Source: Candidatus Woesearchaeota archaeon (GTDB taxonomy: Archaea > Nanobdellota > Nanobdellia > SCGC-AAA011-G17 > GW2011-AR20). From it: a DNA stretch of 57,483 nucleotides. How positions within the stretch are numbered: the stretch's first letter is position 1; each line of letters opens with the position of its first letter. Below the pieces are notes generated by a model, which was not told the origin of the DNA, made no database searches, and saw only the letters and a list, made by a program, of their open reading frames with translations. Below are positions 19,836-28,838 of the stretch, piece after piece. The position numbers were made by a program, and so were the translations under genes. The stretch lies in the NCBI GenBank assembly GCA_964419925.1, contig CAYQPR010000003.1, positions 1 to 57,483 of the forward strand, written 5' to 3'.

Positions 19836-21143
19836 ATGACATATCAAGAAGAATTAAAGGAGAAAATTATTAACTTAACTAGAGAATATGTTAGATTAAC
19901 AACAGCAAAAAATTTTACACCTGGTAAAGATAAGATTAATTATTCTGGAAGAATTTATGATGAAGAGGAAGTAGCAAATTTAGTTGATGTTTCTCTTGAA
20001 ACTTATTTAACTTTAGGAAGATATGGAAGAATATTTGAAGAAGAATTTAGTAAATATACTGGATTAAAATATACTATTTTAACAAACTCAGGATCTTCTG
20101 CAAATTTAATTGCACTTTCTTCATTAACTTCACCTATGTTAGAAGATAGACTGGAAGAAGGTGATGAGGTTATAACAACGGCTGCATCATTTCCAACAAC
20201 AGTAAATCCAATTTTTCAAAATAATTTAATTCCTGTTTTTTTAGATATAGAACTTGGCAGTTATAATTTAGATGTTAATTATCTAGAAGATGCTTTAAGT
20301 AAAAAAACAAGAGCGATTTTTATTGCCCATACTTTAGGTAATCCGTTTAATTTGGATAAAATAATGGAATTTGCAAACAAACATAATTTATATGTTATTG
20401 AAGATGCTTGTGACTCGCTCGGGTCAAAATATAATGGAAAACTTGTTGGAACATTTGGAGATATGAGTACCTATAGTTTCTTTCCCGCACACCATATAAC
20501 AATGGGCGAAGGAGGAGCAGTTACAACTGCTAATTCAAGACTAAAAAGGATAGCTGAGTCTATTAGAGATTGGGGTAGAGACTGTTGGTGTGAACCTGGA
20601 AAAAATAACACATGCGGGAAGAGATTTGGATGGAATCTTGGAGATTTACCCGAAGGCTATGATCATAAATATATTTATTCTAATATTGGATATAATTTAA
20701 AACCAACCGATTTTGGACCTGCATTTGGGGTAGCACAGTTAAAAAAATTACCTAATTTTATCGAAGCAAGAAAAAGAAATTTTAACAGTTATCATAATCA
20801 TCTTAAACAGTATGAAGAATTTTTAATATTACCAAAATGGGAAGAAAGAGCAGATCCATCCTGGTTTGGTTATCCAATTACTGTAAAGGAAAACCCATTT
20901 TTTAAAAGAAAGAATATAACGAAACATCTTGAAGGGGGTTTAATTGAGACAAGGTTACTATTTTCTGGAAATATTATAAGGCAACCGGGTTATAAGGGTA
21001 AGAGATACAAACAAATAGGGAATTTAAAAAACTGCGATATTGTTTTAAATAACACGTTTTTTATTGGAACCTATTCTGGAATAACCGAAGAAAAAGCAAA
21101 TTATATCTTGAATGTATTTGATAAATTCTTTAAAACTTTGTAA
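19836..21143 (+). CDS. rfbH: CDP-6-deoxy-L-threo-D-glycero-4-hexulose 3-dehydrase (E1, PMP- and [2Fe-2S]-dependent)
   Basis: 435 aa, DegT fold. The Schiff-base Lys is replaced by His (FFPAHHITMGEGG versus FYPGKNLGAYGEGG and FHPRKSITTGEGG in the two DegT paralogs). Cys spacing C-X57-C-X1-C-X7-C (EDAC...RDCWCEPGKNNTC). Confidence 0.85.
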   Translation: MTYQEELKEKIINLTREYVRLTTAKNFTPGKDKINYSGRIYDEEEVANLVDVSLETYLTLGRYGRIFEEEFSKYTGLKYTILTNSGSSANLIALSSLTSPMLEDRLEEGDEVITTAASFPTTVNPIFQNNLIPVFLDIELGSYNLDVNYLEDALSKKTRAIFIAHTLGNPFNLDKIMEFANKHNLYVIEDACDSLGSKYNGKLVGTFGDMSTYSFFPAHHITMGEGGAVTTANSRLKRIAESIRDWGRDCWCEPGKNNTCGKRFGWNLGDLPEGYDHKYIYSNIGYNLKPTDFGPAFGVAQLKKLPNFIEARKRNFNSYHNHLKQYEEFLILPKWEERADPSWFGYPITVKENPFFKRKNITKHLEGGLIETRLLFSGNIIRQPGYKGKRYKQIGNLKNCDIVLNNTFFIGTYSGITEEKANYILNVFDKFFKTL

Positions 21144-21153
21144 TCCATAAATT

Positions 21154-21612
21154 TTAATATTCTTTTTCAAGTATTTTTCGTGTTAAGTTATAGCCTAACT
21201 TTTCAAATAAAAAGTTTGAAGATGGATTAAGCGAAGAAACTCCAGCTAGAGAATATTCGCAACCTTTATTTTTAAAATATTCATCTGCAAATTCTAAGAG
21301 TTTTTTCCCATAACCCTTACCCCTATTTTTTAGATTTAAATGAATATTTCTAACCTCACCGTACTTTTGATTTCTATATGGATTAAATCGTATTTTCAAA
21401 AATAATTGACCAATAATCTCATTCTCTTCATAAACCAGAAAAAATCCATCGGGTTCTTCTTCGTACTCTTTTAGGATTCTTTCTTTAAAAATTTCATAGT
21501 TTGGAGAGTCTTTCGGAAAATTAATTTTTTGATGATCATTATCAAACTCCCATAAAATATTTAGAGATTCAATAATGTTTTCGATTTTTTCAATTTTCAT
21601 GTTTAACAACAT
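21154..21612 (-). CDS. GNAT N-acetyltransferase (PseH-like)
   Basis: 152 aa. GNAT motif A region RNIHLNLKNRGKGYGKKLLEFA. Overlaps the PseG-like gene. Confidence 0.7.
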   Translation of the reverse strand: MLLNMKIEKIENIIESLNILWEFDNDHQKINFPKDSPNYEIFKERILKEYEEEPDGFFLVYEENEIIGQLFLKIRFNPYRNQKYGEVRNIHLNLKNRGKGYGKKLLEFADEYFKNKGCEYSLAGVSSLNPSSNFLFEKLGYNLTRKILEKEY

Positions 21613-22618
21613 CCCCTATAACTTTAATAATCCGATCCACTCCTTTTCCATCCAAAAATTTTTTTCCATTTATACTCATTTTATTTCTTATATCAAAATT
21701 ATGAATAAGGTTACTAAACTCGGCATATAAATTTTTTTCATCAAAGTTTTGATTATTTCCAATATATTTACATATCCCTAATTCCTCTAATTTTTTCAAT
21801 CTTTTGGTTTCCCAAACAGCACTACCTAAACCTAAAAAAGGAGTTCCGATGGTAGCTAACTCCAAGCATGTTAATCCACCAGCTGAGATGGCTACGTCAG
21901 ATCTATAAATCAATTCAGAGAGATCATTAGAGTTCTCTATTAAATTATATTTTAATTTATTTTCTTTTAAAGCCAGCAAAACATCATTTTTATTTTTAGA
22001 TGCGCTTCCTATAACAATTTCAAACTCTACTTCTTTAAAATTTTTTAAGGATTCTACAACTCTTTGTGTAAAGTTATATCTATCACTTCCTCCAATAGTA
22101 ATCAAAACCTTTCTCACTTCTTTTTTTATCTCTTTTTTTTTATCATGATAAATACCAACCCCTCCTTTAGATAGGAGGTAGTCTTGACCGAGACAGTAAA
22201 CCGTGCTACTCTTCTGTTTATTATATATTAAATCATCTTCAAAAATACTCCAGTTTAGTAAAATATCAGAATAAACTTCTAGACCCCCAAAATAATCAAC
22301 AATCATTGTCTTGCTTATTTTTGAAAGTTTTTTACAATAATCACTGTAATCATCTTTAAGCACATCTGCAATGATAATATCTGCCCTATAATTATCATTA
22401 ACCTTTTTTATAAATTTTAGTTCTTGAGAAGAATCATAATTAGAAGGAATTCGTTTAACAGTATAATTGAATTCTTTTAATTTTTTAATTCCTTCGTCAT
22501 ATTTAGATAAAAATAATACTTCAAAATTTTGTAGTTTACTAGCTATGTTTAATTCTGAAAAAATATGTCCCATTCCAATTTCATTACTCCCATCTACCCT
22601 AACAATCGCTTTATACAT
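21590..22618 (-). CDS. pseG: UDP-2,4-diacetamido-2,4,6-trideoxyhexose hydrolase (PseG-like, GT28-type fold)
   Basis: 342 aa. N-terminus AIVRVDGSNEIGMGHIFSELNIASKL is characteristic of PseG/SpsG. C-terminal AISAGGLTCLELATIGTP. Confidence 0.75.
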   Translation of the reverse strand: MYKAIVRVDGSNEIGMGHIFSELNIASKLQNFEVLFLSKYDEGIKKLKEFNYTVKRIPSNYDSSQELKFIKKVNDNYRADIIIADVLKDDYSDYCKKLSKISKTMIVDYFGGLEVYSDILLNWSIFEDDLIYNKQKSSTVYCLGQDYLLSKGGVGIYHDKKKEIKKEVRKVLITIGGSDRYNFTQRVVESLKNFKEVEFEIVIGSASKNKNDVLLALKENKLKYNLIENSNDLSELIYRSDVAISAGGLTCLELATIGTPFLGLGSAVWETKRLKKLEELGICKYIGNNQNFDEKNLYAEFSNLIHNFDIRNKMSINGKKFLDGKGVDRIIKVIGDVVKHEN

Positions 22619-22685
22619 AATTGAAATGTCCTAGATAAGATTTATAAATTCTTTTATTATAATTGGACTATAAGTTTTTACAAAA

Positions 22686-24098
22686 ATGAAAGAAGAATTC
22701 GAAAAAATTTTGGTGAATCCAAAAAGTACAATGAAAGAGGTGATGAGAGCTATGGACTTAAGTGGTTTTGGAATAGCTTTAATCGTTGATGATAATAGAC
22801 TTCTTGGCATCGTTACTGATGGAAACATAAGAAGAGCAATTATAAATGGTGTAGACTTAGGTACAAAAATTGATACAATAATGAATAAACATCCAATTAC
22901 GGTAAAAAACAACGCTTCTAATCAAGAGATAATAAACTTGATGATAACAAAGAACATTTTTGGTAAGATACCTATCTTGGACGATGATGGTAAGGTTGTT
23001 GATTTAGTAATCTCTCCGATTGCAGCTTATGGCCAAGCCAAAAAGGATTACGCGTTGACTCACGCAGACAAATTAATCTTTTTAAATAAACAAGAAGAAA
23101 AAATTTCTGTAAAAAATATCCAGAAGGTTCTGATTATTGGCGGAGCCGGTTACCTTGGTTGTGTTTTATCTAAAAAATTATTGGAAAAAAATTACAAAGT
23201 TAAGGTATTTGATAAATTAATGTTTGGAATTGAACCAATAAAAAATTTACTTGAAAATAATAATTTTGAGTTAATTAATGGAGATATATGTAATATCTCT
23301 GAAATATCAAAGGCATTAGATGACGTAGATTCTGTAATTCATTTAGCAGGAATTGTTGGAGATCCTGCAAGTGCTGTAAATCCAAGAAAGACTATTGAGG
23401 TTAATTATATTGCTACGAAAAGTGTTGCTGAGATGTGTAAGTATAATCAGATAAATAGATTTATTTTTGCTTCATCGTGCAGTGTTTATGGAGCTAACTT
23501 AGAATTGATTGATGAAAATTCTTTATTGAATCCAGTTTCTTTATATGCTAAGAGTAAGATATCATCTGAAAGGGGGATCTTAGAATTAGTAGATGATAAT
23601 TTTTCCCCGGTGATATTAAGAATGGGAACCCTATATGGATTTTCCGATAGAATGAGATTTGATCTAGTTGTTAATTTCTTGTCTGCAAAGGCTTTAACAG
23701 ACAGGTCCATAACAATATTTAATGGGGATCAGTGGAGGCCCTTTGTTCACGTTCAAGATGCTGCTGATGCCTATATAAAAGTTTTAGAATCCCCTATAGA
23801 GATAGTTAGGGGAAATATATTTAATATTGGTGGTAATGAAGAAAACTATAGGCTAAGAGACTTAGCTAGTTTTGTGAAAGAGTTAATTCCTGAAGCTAAG
23901 GTGAATTTTGATGAAAAGACTAGTGATCCAAGAGATTATAGGGTAAATTTTGATAAGGCGGAAAGAATTTTAAATTTTAAACCAAAAAAAACATTGAAAG
24001 ATGGTATCCTTGAAGTGAAAAATATTTTTTTAAATAATAATATCAATAAAATAAATAATGAATCTTATAACAATTATCTAAAACAACTAGTTGAGTAA
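22686..24098 (+). CDS. CBS-pair domain fused to an NDP-sugar epimerase/dehydratase (SDR)
   Basis: 470 aa. Residues 1-~115 form two CBS motifs (GFGIALIVDDNRLLGIVTDGNIRR; IFGKIPILDDDGKVVDLV). A linker follows, then KVLIIGGAGYLGCVL Rossmann motif and YAKSK. Confidence 0.8.
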   Translation: MKEEFEKILVNPKSTMKEVMRAMDLSGFGIALIVDDNRLLGIVTDGNIRRAIINGVDLGTKIDTIMNKHPITVKNNASNQEIINLMITKNIFGKIPILDDDGKVVDLVISPIAAYGQAKKDYALTHADKLIFLNKQEEKISVKNIQKVLIIGGAGYLGCVLSKKLLEKNYKVKVFDKLMFGIEPIKNLLENNNFELINGDICNISEISKALDDVDSVIHLAGIVGDPASAVNPRKTIEVNYIATKSVAEMCKYNQINRFIFASSCSVYGANLELIDENSLLNPVSLYAKSKISSERGILELVDDNFSPVILRMGTLYGFSDRMRFDLVVNFLSAKALTDRSITIFNGDQWRPFVHVQDAADAYIKVLESPIEIVRGNIFNIGGNEENYRLRDLASFVKELIPEAKVNFDEKTSDPRDYRVNFDKAERILNFKPKKTLKDGILEVKNIFLNNNINKINNESYNNYLKQLVE

Positions 24099-24238
24099 TT
24101 AATAAAACTCTTAAGTTTAAAGACAAAATGATTATTATGAAAAATTGATTTTATAGTTGTTTTAGATAGTATATCAACGCAAAGAATAATGGTTTGGGCC
24201 TATAAAAAATAGGGGTTTGATTTATTTGATGAGGTAAA

Positions 24239-25336
24239 ATGAAAATAAAAATTGAAAATAAGTTAATTGGAGAGGATGAACCATGTTTTATTATTGCAGA
24301 AGCCGGAATTAATCATAATAATTCTTTAGATATGGCTAAAAAGATGATAGATGTTGCAAAGGAATCAGGGTGCGATGCCATAAAGTTTCAAACATTTAAA
24401 GCAAAATTAATGTACCCAAAAACAGCTGGAACTTATGAAACTGATGGTAATGTGATTAACATTTATGATTCAATGAAAAAAATCGAACTTCCTGAATCAT
24501 GGATACCTGAATTAATGAATTATTGCAAACAAAAAAATATAATATTTTTTACAAGTGTAAGTGATACATGGAGTGTTGATGTTATGAATAAATATGGAAT
24601 AAATGTCTTTAAATTAACTTCTTATGATACAACAAATATTCCTTTGCTAGAACATACGGCTAAGCAAAATAAACCAATAATCATGTCAGTTGGGGGGGCT
24701 TATTTAAATGAAGTTGACGAAGCAATAAACGCAATTAAAAAATTTAATAATAATTTAGCGGTTATGCACTGTGTAACAAAATATCCTGCTCCTTTAGAAA
24801 ATTGCAATCTAAATTGTTTGGAGACTTTGAAGTTAGTTTATCCCAATATTGTAATTGGCTATTCAGACCATACAGAAGATCCGGTTAAAGCCCCGGTAGC
24901 AGCTGTGTTTAAAGGTGCTAAAATAATTGAAAAACATATTACCTTAGATAAAAATCTTCCTGGAGCAGACCAAAGATTTGCATTAAATCCAGAACAACTA
25001 AAACAAATGATAACAGCTATAAGGGAAACTGAAACCAAAATTAAGAATAAAGAAGATTTTGAATTTGATCAGATTGTTCTTGGTTCATATGAAAAAAAAC
25101 CAACTGAAATAGAATTATATGTTAGAAATTTTGCTTATAGAAGCATTTTTGCTACGAAAGACATTAAAAAAGAAGAAAAATTAACTAAAGAAAATATTGA
25201 AATATTGAGAAATGGTGAAAATAATCCCGGATTGCATCCTCGTTATTATAATATGTTTATTGAAAAAGGAAGCAAAGTTATTAGAAATATAAAAGAAGGA
25301 ACTGCATTAACTTGGGACGATTTGATTGAAAGTTAA
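24239..25336 (+). CDS. Nonulosonic acid synthase (NeuB/PseI/LegI family)
   Basis: 365 aa. CFIIAEAGINHNNSLDMAKKMIDVAKESGCDAIKFQTF, and a C-terminal SAF domain (IKEGTALTWDDL). Confidence 0.9.
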   Translation: MKIKIENKLIGEDEPCFIIAEAGINHNNSLDMAKKMIDVAKESGCDAIKFQTFKAKLMYPKTAGTYETDGNVINIYDSMKKIELPESWIPELMNYCKQKNIIFFTSVSDTWSVDVMNKYGINVFKLTSYDTTNIPLLEHTAKQNKPIIMSVGGAYLNEVDEAINAIKKFNNNLAVMHCVTKYPAPLENCNLNCLETLKLVYPNIVIGYSDHTEDPVKAPVAAVFKGAKIIEKHITLDKNLPGADQRFALNPEQLKQMITAIRETETKIKNKEDFEFDQIVLGSYEKKPTEIELYVRNFAYRSIFATKDIKKEEKLTKENIEILRNGENNPGLHPRYYNMFIEKGSKVIRNIKEGTALTWDDLIES

Positions 25337-25348
25337 TTTCTTGTTATT

Positions 25349-26077
25349 TTAATGGAGGTTTTCTATTATTGATGGTTCCCTCTTAAGAAGATATATAACT
25401 TCTTTTAAATCAAAAGGTTTTTCTTTATTATAGATTTTTTTATAAATATTTCTAATAAAATTTAAATCTTCAAGGGTATCTACTGTAAGTTTTAAACTTG
25501 GTCTTGATAACCTTAATAAAGATGAGGGGGCATCAAAATTATGAGTTTTAAATAAATCTTGATGCTCTCTGGCAAATAAAGTAACATGTTCCCTATATTT
25601 CATATCTTTACATAAATTATCTATTCTAAATAAAGCTTCTTTTGTGATTACCTCTGATCCAGATCCACCAGGCCAACCTTTTTCATGAAATGATCCAACA
25701 TAATCTATTTTATTTCTAATTAAATAATCAACAATTTGATCAATACATTTTGGATCTACAAATGGATTATCCCCACATATCCTAACAACTATGTCTAAAT
25801 CAAATTTATTAACCGCCCCTAAAAAACGATCTAAAACATCATCCTCAGATCCAGTAAAAGTTAAAATGCCTAATTTTTCAGCATTTTCAACTAAAACTTT
25901 GTCTCTTTCTTTATCAGATGTTGCAAGAATTATATTTTTTGAATATTTACTATGTTTTAAACGCCCTATTATATGCTCAAGAAGTGTTTTTCCTTCAATA
26001 AGCATTAACATTTTATTTGGCAATCTAGTAGAACCCATTCTTGCTTGTAAGATAATTCCAATTTTGGGATCAATCAT
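25349..26077 (-). CDS. CMP-nonulosonate/SpsF-type cytidylyltransferase
   Basis: 242 aa. IGIILQARMGSTRLPNKML and RICGDNPFVDP motifs of the PseF/SpsF family. Confidence 0.8.
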   Translation of the reverse strand: MIDPKIGIILQARMGSTRLPNKMLMLIEGKTLLEHIIGRLKHSKYSKNIILATSDKERDKVLVENAEKLGILTFTGSEDDVLDRFLGAVNKFDLDIVVRICGDNPFVDPKCIDQIVDYLIRNKIDYVGSFHEKGWPGGSGSEVITKEALFRIDNLCKDMKYREHVTLFAREHQDLFKTHNFDAPSSLLRLSRPSLKLTVDTLEDLNFIRNIYKKIYNKEKPFDLKEVIYLLKREPSIIENLH

Positions 26078-26091
26078 TTTATTGATAATAA

Positions 26092-26111
26092 TTTATAAAG
26101 CTATTTATAAA
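26092..26111. promoter_or_regulatory. Twin TTTATAAA boxes in a divergent promoter region
   Basis: TTTATAAA at 26092-26099 and 26104-26111 in the 56-nt spacer between starts 26077 (-) and 26134 (+). Each box lies 23-34 nt from the start on the far side. Confidence 0.45.
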
Positions 26112-26133
26112 TTTTTTTAATCTTCTTGATTAA

Positions 26134-26586
26134 ATGACAAAATCAAAAGATAACATCTACACGGGCAATACCCAGCAGGGAAACCCTTATATTGGAGATT
26201 TAGATCGCGGAATAAATTATGATGCTTATGAATCAAGTTTCTTTTTAATAGACCAAGTTGAAGATTTTCCAAAATTATCAAGAGTATACAAAACAGGTTC
26301 AAAAAGGTTAGTTGATCGTTTAAACTTAAAAAATGGAGATCGGGTTTTGGATGTTGGATCTGGAACAGGCATTTCAACTCTTGAAATTTTACCAAATCAA
26401 ATAGACAAAGTTATTCTTGCAGGCATAAAATTTAGATATCCACATAAAAATCAAAATCATCTAAAAAAGTTAGGTATGGATATTCTTAAAAAATTAAAGC
26501 TTGAAATTAATTATGAATCTTATTCACAAAGATATGAAATTTGTCCAATATTTAAAGCAAAAAAAATTAAGAATGTTGATTTCTAA
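26134..26586 (+). CDS. Class I SAM-methyltransferase-like protein, apparently C-terminally truncated (possible gene remnant)
   Basis: 150 aa. Motif I RVLDVGSGTGISTLEI at about aa 70-85, but only about 65 aa follow, with no recognisable post-I/II/III motifs. Confidence 0.35.
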   Translation: MTKSKDNIYTGNTQQGNPYIGDLDRGINYDAYESSFFLIDQVEDFPKLSRVYKTGSKRLVDRLNLKNGDRVLDVGSGTGISTLEILPNQIDKVILAGIKFRYPHKNQNHLKKLGMDILKKLKLEINYESYSQRYEICPIFKAKKIKNVDF

Positions 26587-26601
26587 TATTCCTTTTATAT
26601 C

Positions 26602-27591
26602 CTATAATTTTTTTGCAACGATCCACATATTGGATGAAAGCAAATTATCTTGAAGAAATTTCTGGAATTTTTCTCCAACATGCTCCCAATTATCAATTAA
26701 TATTTGTTTTAAGAAATAATTATTAGATACATCAAGTTTTCCTTCTATAATTTTTTTTCTGACTAATTCTGCGTCTAGTTCCCCTGGCGTCAATTTCTCG
26801 ATCACTTCAAATCCGCAGGAATTGAATAATTTTGTAAGTGAATTCAAATTAAAATAATTTAAATGCTCTGTATCTATGCTTCCAGAGAGTTCTTTTAAGA
26901 TTGCTATATCAAAACCTTTTATATTTGGGCATGTAATTACAATTATACCATTCTTAGATAAAACGGATTTACAACCAAGAATAAATTCTTTTGGAGAAAA
27001 TAAATGTTCTATTACTTCAAAAGCAGTTACAACATTAACATCATAATTAAATTTTACTTCTTCTATCCTTTTGTCTATAACTTCTAAACCCCTTTTAGAA
27101 CAAGTTTCTGCTAATGAGGGGGTTGGTTCAACTGCGATTACGCGGTTAAAAAAATCCAATTTTTTAACTTCTTGGCAAAATGTACCAAAACCGGCACCAA
27201 CATCTACAATAACTTCATTCTTTATTTTGTGTTTCTTACATATACCAATAATTCTTTCTGCTCTTGGTTTAAATATTTTTTCTCTTCTAGCATCTTCAGA
27301 AGCCGGAAATAGGAAATTGTTCCAATATTCATAATTTTTTGAGGTATCATAAAATTCTTCTAATATTTTTGGGCTTGGTCTTGGATTTATAAATGTTGTT
27401 TCACATTCTTTACATACAACATAATTAAGAGTATACTTCTCGAATCTTTTCTCATATTTATCAGAATTACATGCAGGACAATTTACATAAAAAAAATCTT
27501 TTTTATGTTTTAATAAATTATCAACATCTTCTAAATAAAACTCATTTGCTTTATTCTTCATTTCTTGAGGTCTTATCTCTTCTTCTTTCAT
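26602..27591 (-). CDS. SAM-dependent methyltransferase with N-terminal zinc ribbon
   Basis: 329 aa. CPACNSDKY...CKECETTF zinc ribbon, then motif I VIVDVGAGFGTF. 1-nt gap to the upstream amidotransferase. Confidence 0.8.
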   Translation of the reverse strand: MKEEEIRPQEMKNKANEFYLEDVDNLLKHKKDFFYVNCPACNSDKYEKRFEKYTLNYVVCKECETTFINPRPSPKILEEFYDTSKNYEYWNNFLFPASEDARREKIFKPRAERIIGICKKHKIKNEVIVDVGAGFGTFCQEVKKLDFFNRVIAVEPTPSLAETCSKRGLEVIDKRIEEVKFNYDVNVVTAFEVIEHLFSPKEFILGCKSVLSKNGIIVITCPNIKGFDIAILKELSGSIDTEHLNYFNLNSLTKLFNSCGFEVIEKLTPGELDAELVRKKIIEGKLDVSNNYFLKQILIDNWEHVGEKFQKFLQDNLLSSNMWIVAKKL

Positions 27592-27592
27592 T

Positions 27593-28837
27593 TTATTCTT
27601 TAACTCTATTTTTATAATTTCTCCAGAACCTTTCTCTTTCAGTTTCCCTATTTGCTAAATCTTGTTTATGCTCATTCCAATATGCCATTCTTTCTTTTTC
27701 TTTTCTTTGATTTTCTTCTTGCGAATCCCATATATCAACTTTAACCCAGTTTCCTTGTTTATCCTTCCACCATACTCTTGGGTCTCTAAAAGTGTCTGCA
27801 ATTGCATCAAATTCTTCTTCACTCATTCCCGTATATTCGGACCACCTTTTTAAATCGCTAGATTTAACGTGATCATATTTTCTAACCATTTCTACACCCT
27901 CCCTTCTAGTAAAATAACCTCTTCTTATGTCCTTGCATGAATGATCACTTCCCCTCCCATATCCAAATTTTATATATTTCAAATAATCATGCATTCCATT
28001 TTCATGAATATCATCGATATTTGACATTGTTCTATAAGTCCTTTCAAATGGTTTTTCTGATCCCTTCCAATTGTATTTTTCTTTTATTATTTCAACTTGC
28101 TTGTTAGCGTCCCAGTTAACATAATTTCCAATGTAAATTCCCCTTATTTTATTTTCCTCTAATTCTTTATCACTTGGATATTTCATCCATAAAACATCTT
28201 TTTCTCTTATACCTTCTTCATTGCCAACCATATCATACCAATCAAATCCCCTTAAAAAATATTCTAATCTCTCTTTTGCAGTCATCTCAATAAAATCGTT
28301 CATAGAGTACATTCCCGATAAATCAGTAGGGCCATGCTCTCCCCACATAATCAAAGGAATTTTAAATTTCACTGCAATTTGAACAGGATATGTAAAAATT
28401 CCACAATGAGCATGCCAATTCATATCACCCATTTTCATAAAACATAATCTATTCATTTTTACTAGTAGTTCTTCACTAGGACGAAAAATAATATGATCAA
28501 CATCAAAAACTTTTCTCATCCTTTGTAGATTTCTTTCTCCCTCGGGTAAATAATTATTACCGTGATAGGTAACCAAAAGAGGTTTTAATCCTAAAATTTT
28601 TGTAACATAGTGGGTTTGAAAATAGCTATCTTTCCCGCCACTTACAGGGATTATACAATCATAATTTGTATTACTTTTATATTTATCAAACAATTCTTTA
28701 AGTAAGTCAGCTCTATACTTCCAATCTATCTTTTGCTTTTGTTCTTCTACCCTACAACCAGTACACACTCCTTCTTTATCAAAATGCAGTGGGATTCCAG
28801 TAATGCCTGGGTAAACACATTTTGTACAATATTGCAT
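27593..28837 (-). CDS. N-acetyl sugar amidotransferase (PP-loop; WbuX/PseA/AglX-like)
   Basis: 414 aa. N-terminal Cys pairs CTKC...CTGC and PP-loop PVSGGKDS. Confidence 0.85.
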   Translation of the reverse strand: MQYCTKCVYPGITGIPLHFDKEGVCTGCRVEEQKQKIDWKYRADLLKELFDKYKSNTNYDCIIPVSGGKDSYFQTHYVTKILGLKPLLVTYHGNNYLPEGERNLQRMRKVFDVDHIIFRPSEELLVKMNRLCFMKMGDMNWHAHCGIFTYPVQIAVKFKIPLIMWGEHGPTDLSGMYSMNDFIEMTAKERLEYFLRGFDWYDMVGNEEGIREKDVLWMKYPSDKELEENKIRGIYIGNYVNWDANKQVEIIKEKYNWKGSEKPFERTYRTMSNIDDIHENGMHDYLKYIKFGYGRGSDHSCKDIRRGYFTRREGVEMVRKYDHVKSSDLKRWSEYTGMSEEEFDAIADTFRDPRVWWKDKQGNWVKVDIWDSQEENQRKEKERMAYWNEHKQDLANRETERERFWRNYKNRVKE

Positions 28838-28838
28838 T

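Noticed and set aside
24099-24238. A 140-nt intergenic region with a small hairpin (CCTAT-AAAAA-ATAGG at about 24199-24213), considered as a possible ncRNA or riboswitch.
   Set aside because: The stem is only 5 bp and overlaps a TATA-like sequence (CCTATAAAAAAT) correctly spaced for the neuB-like gene. It is most simply a promoter plus the GAGGT RBS.
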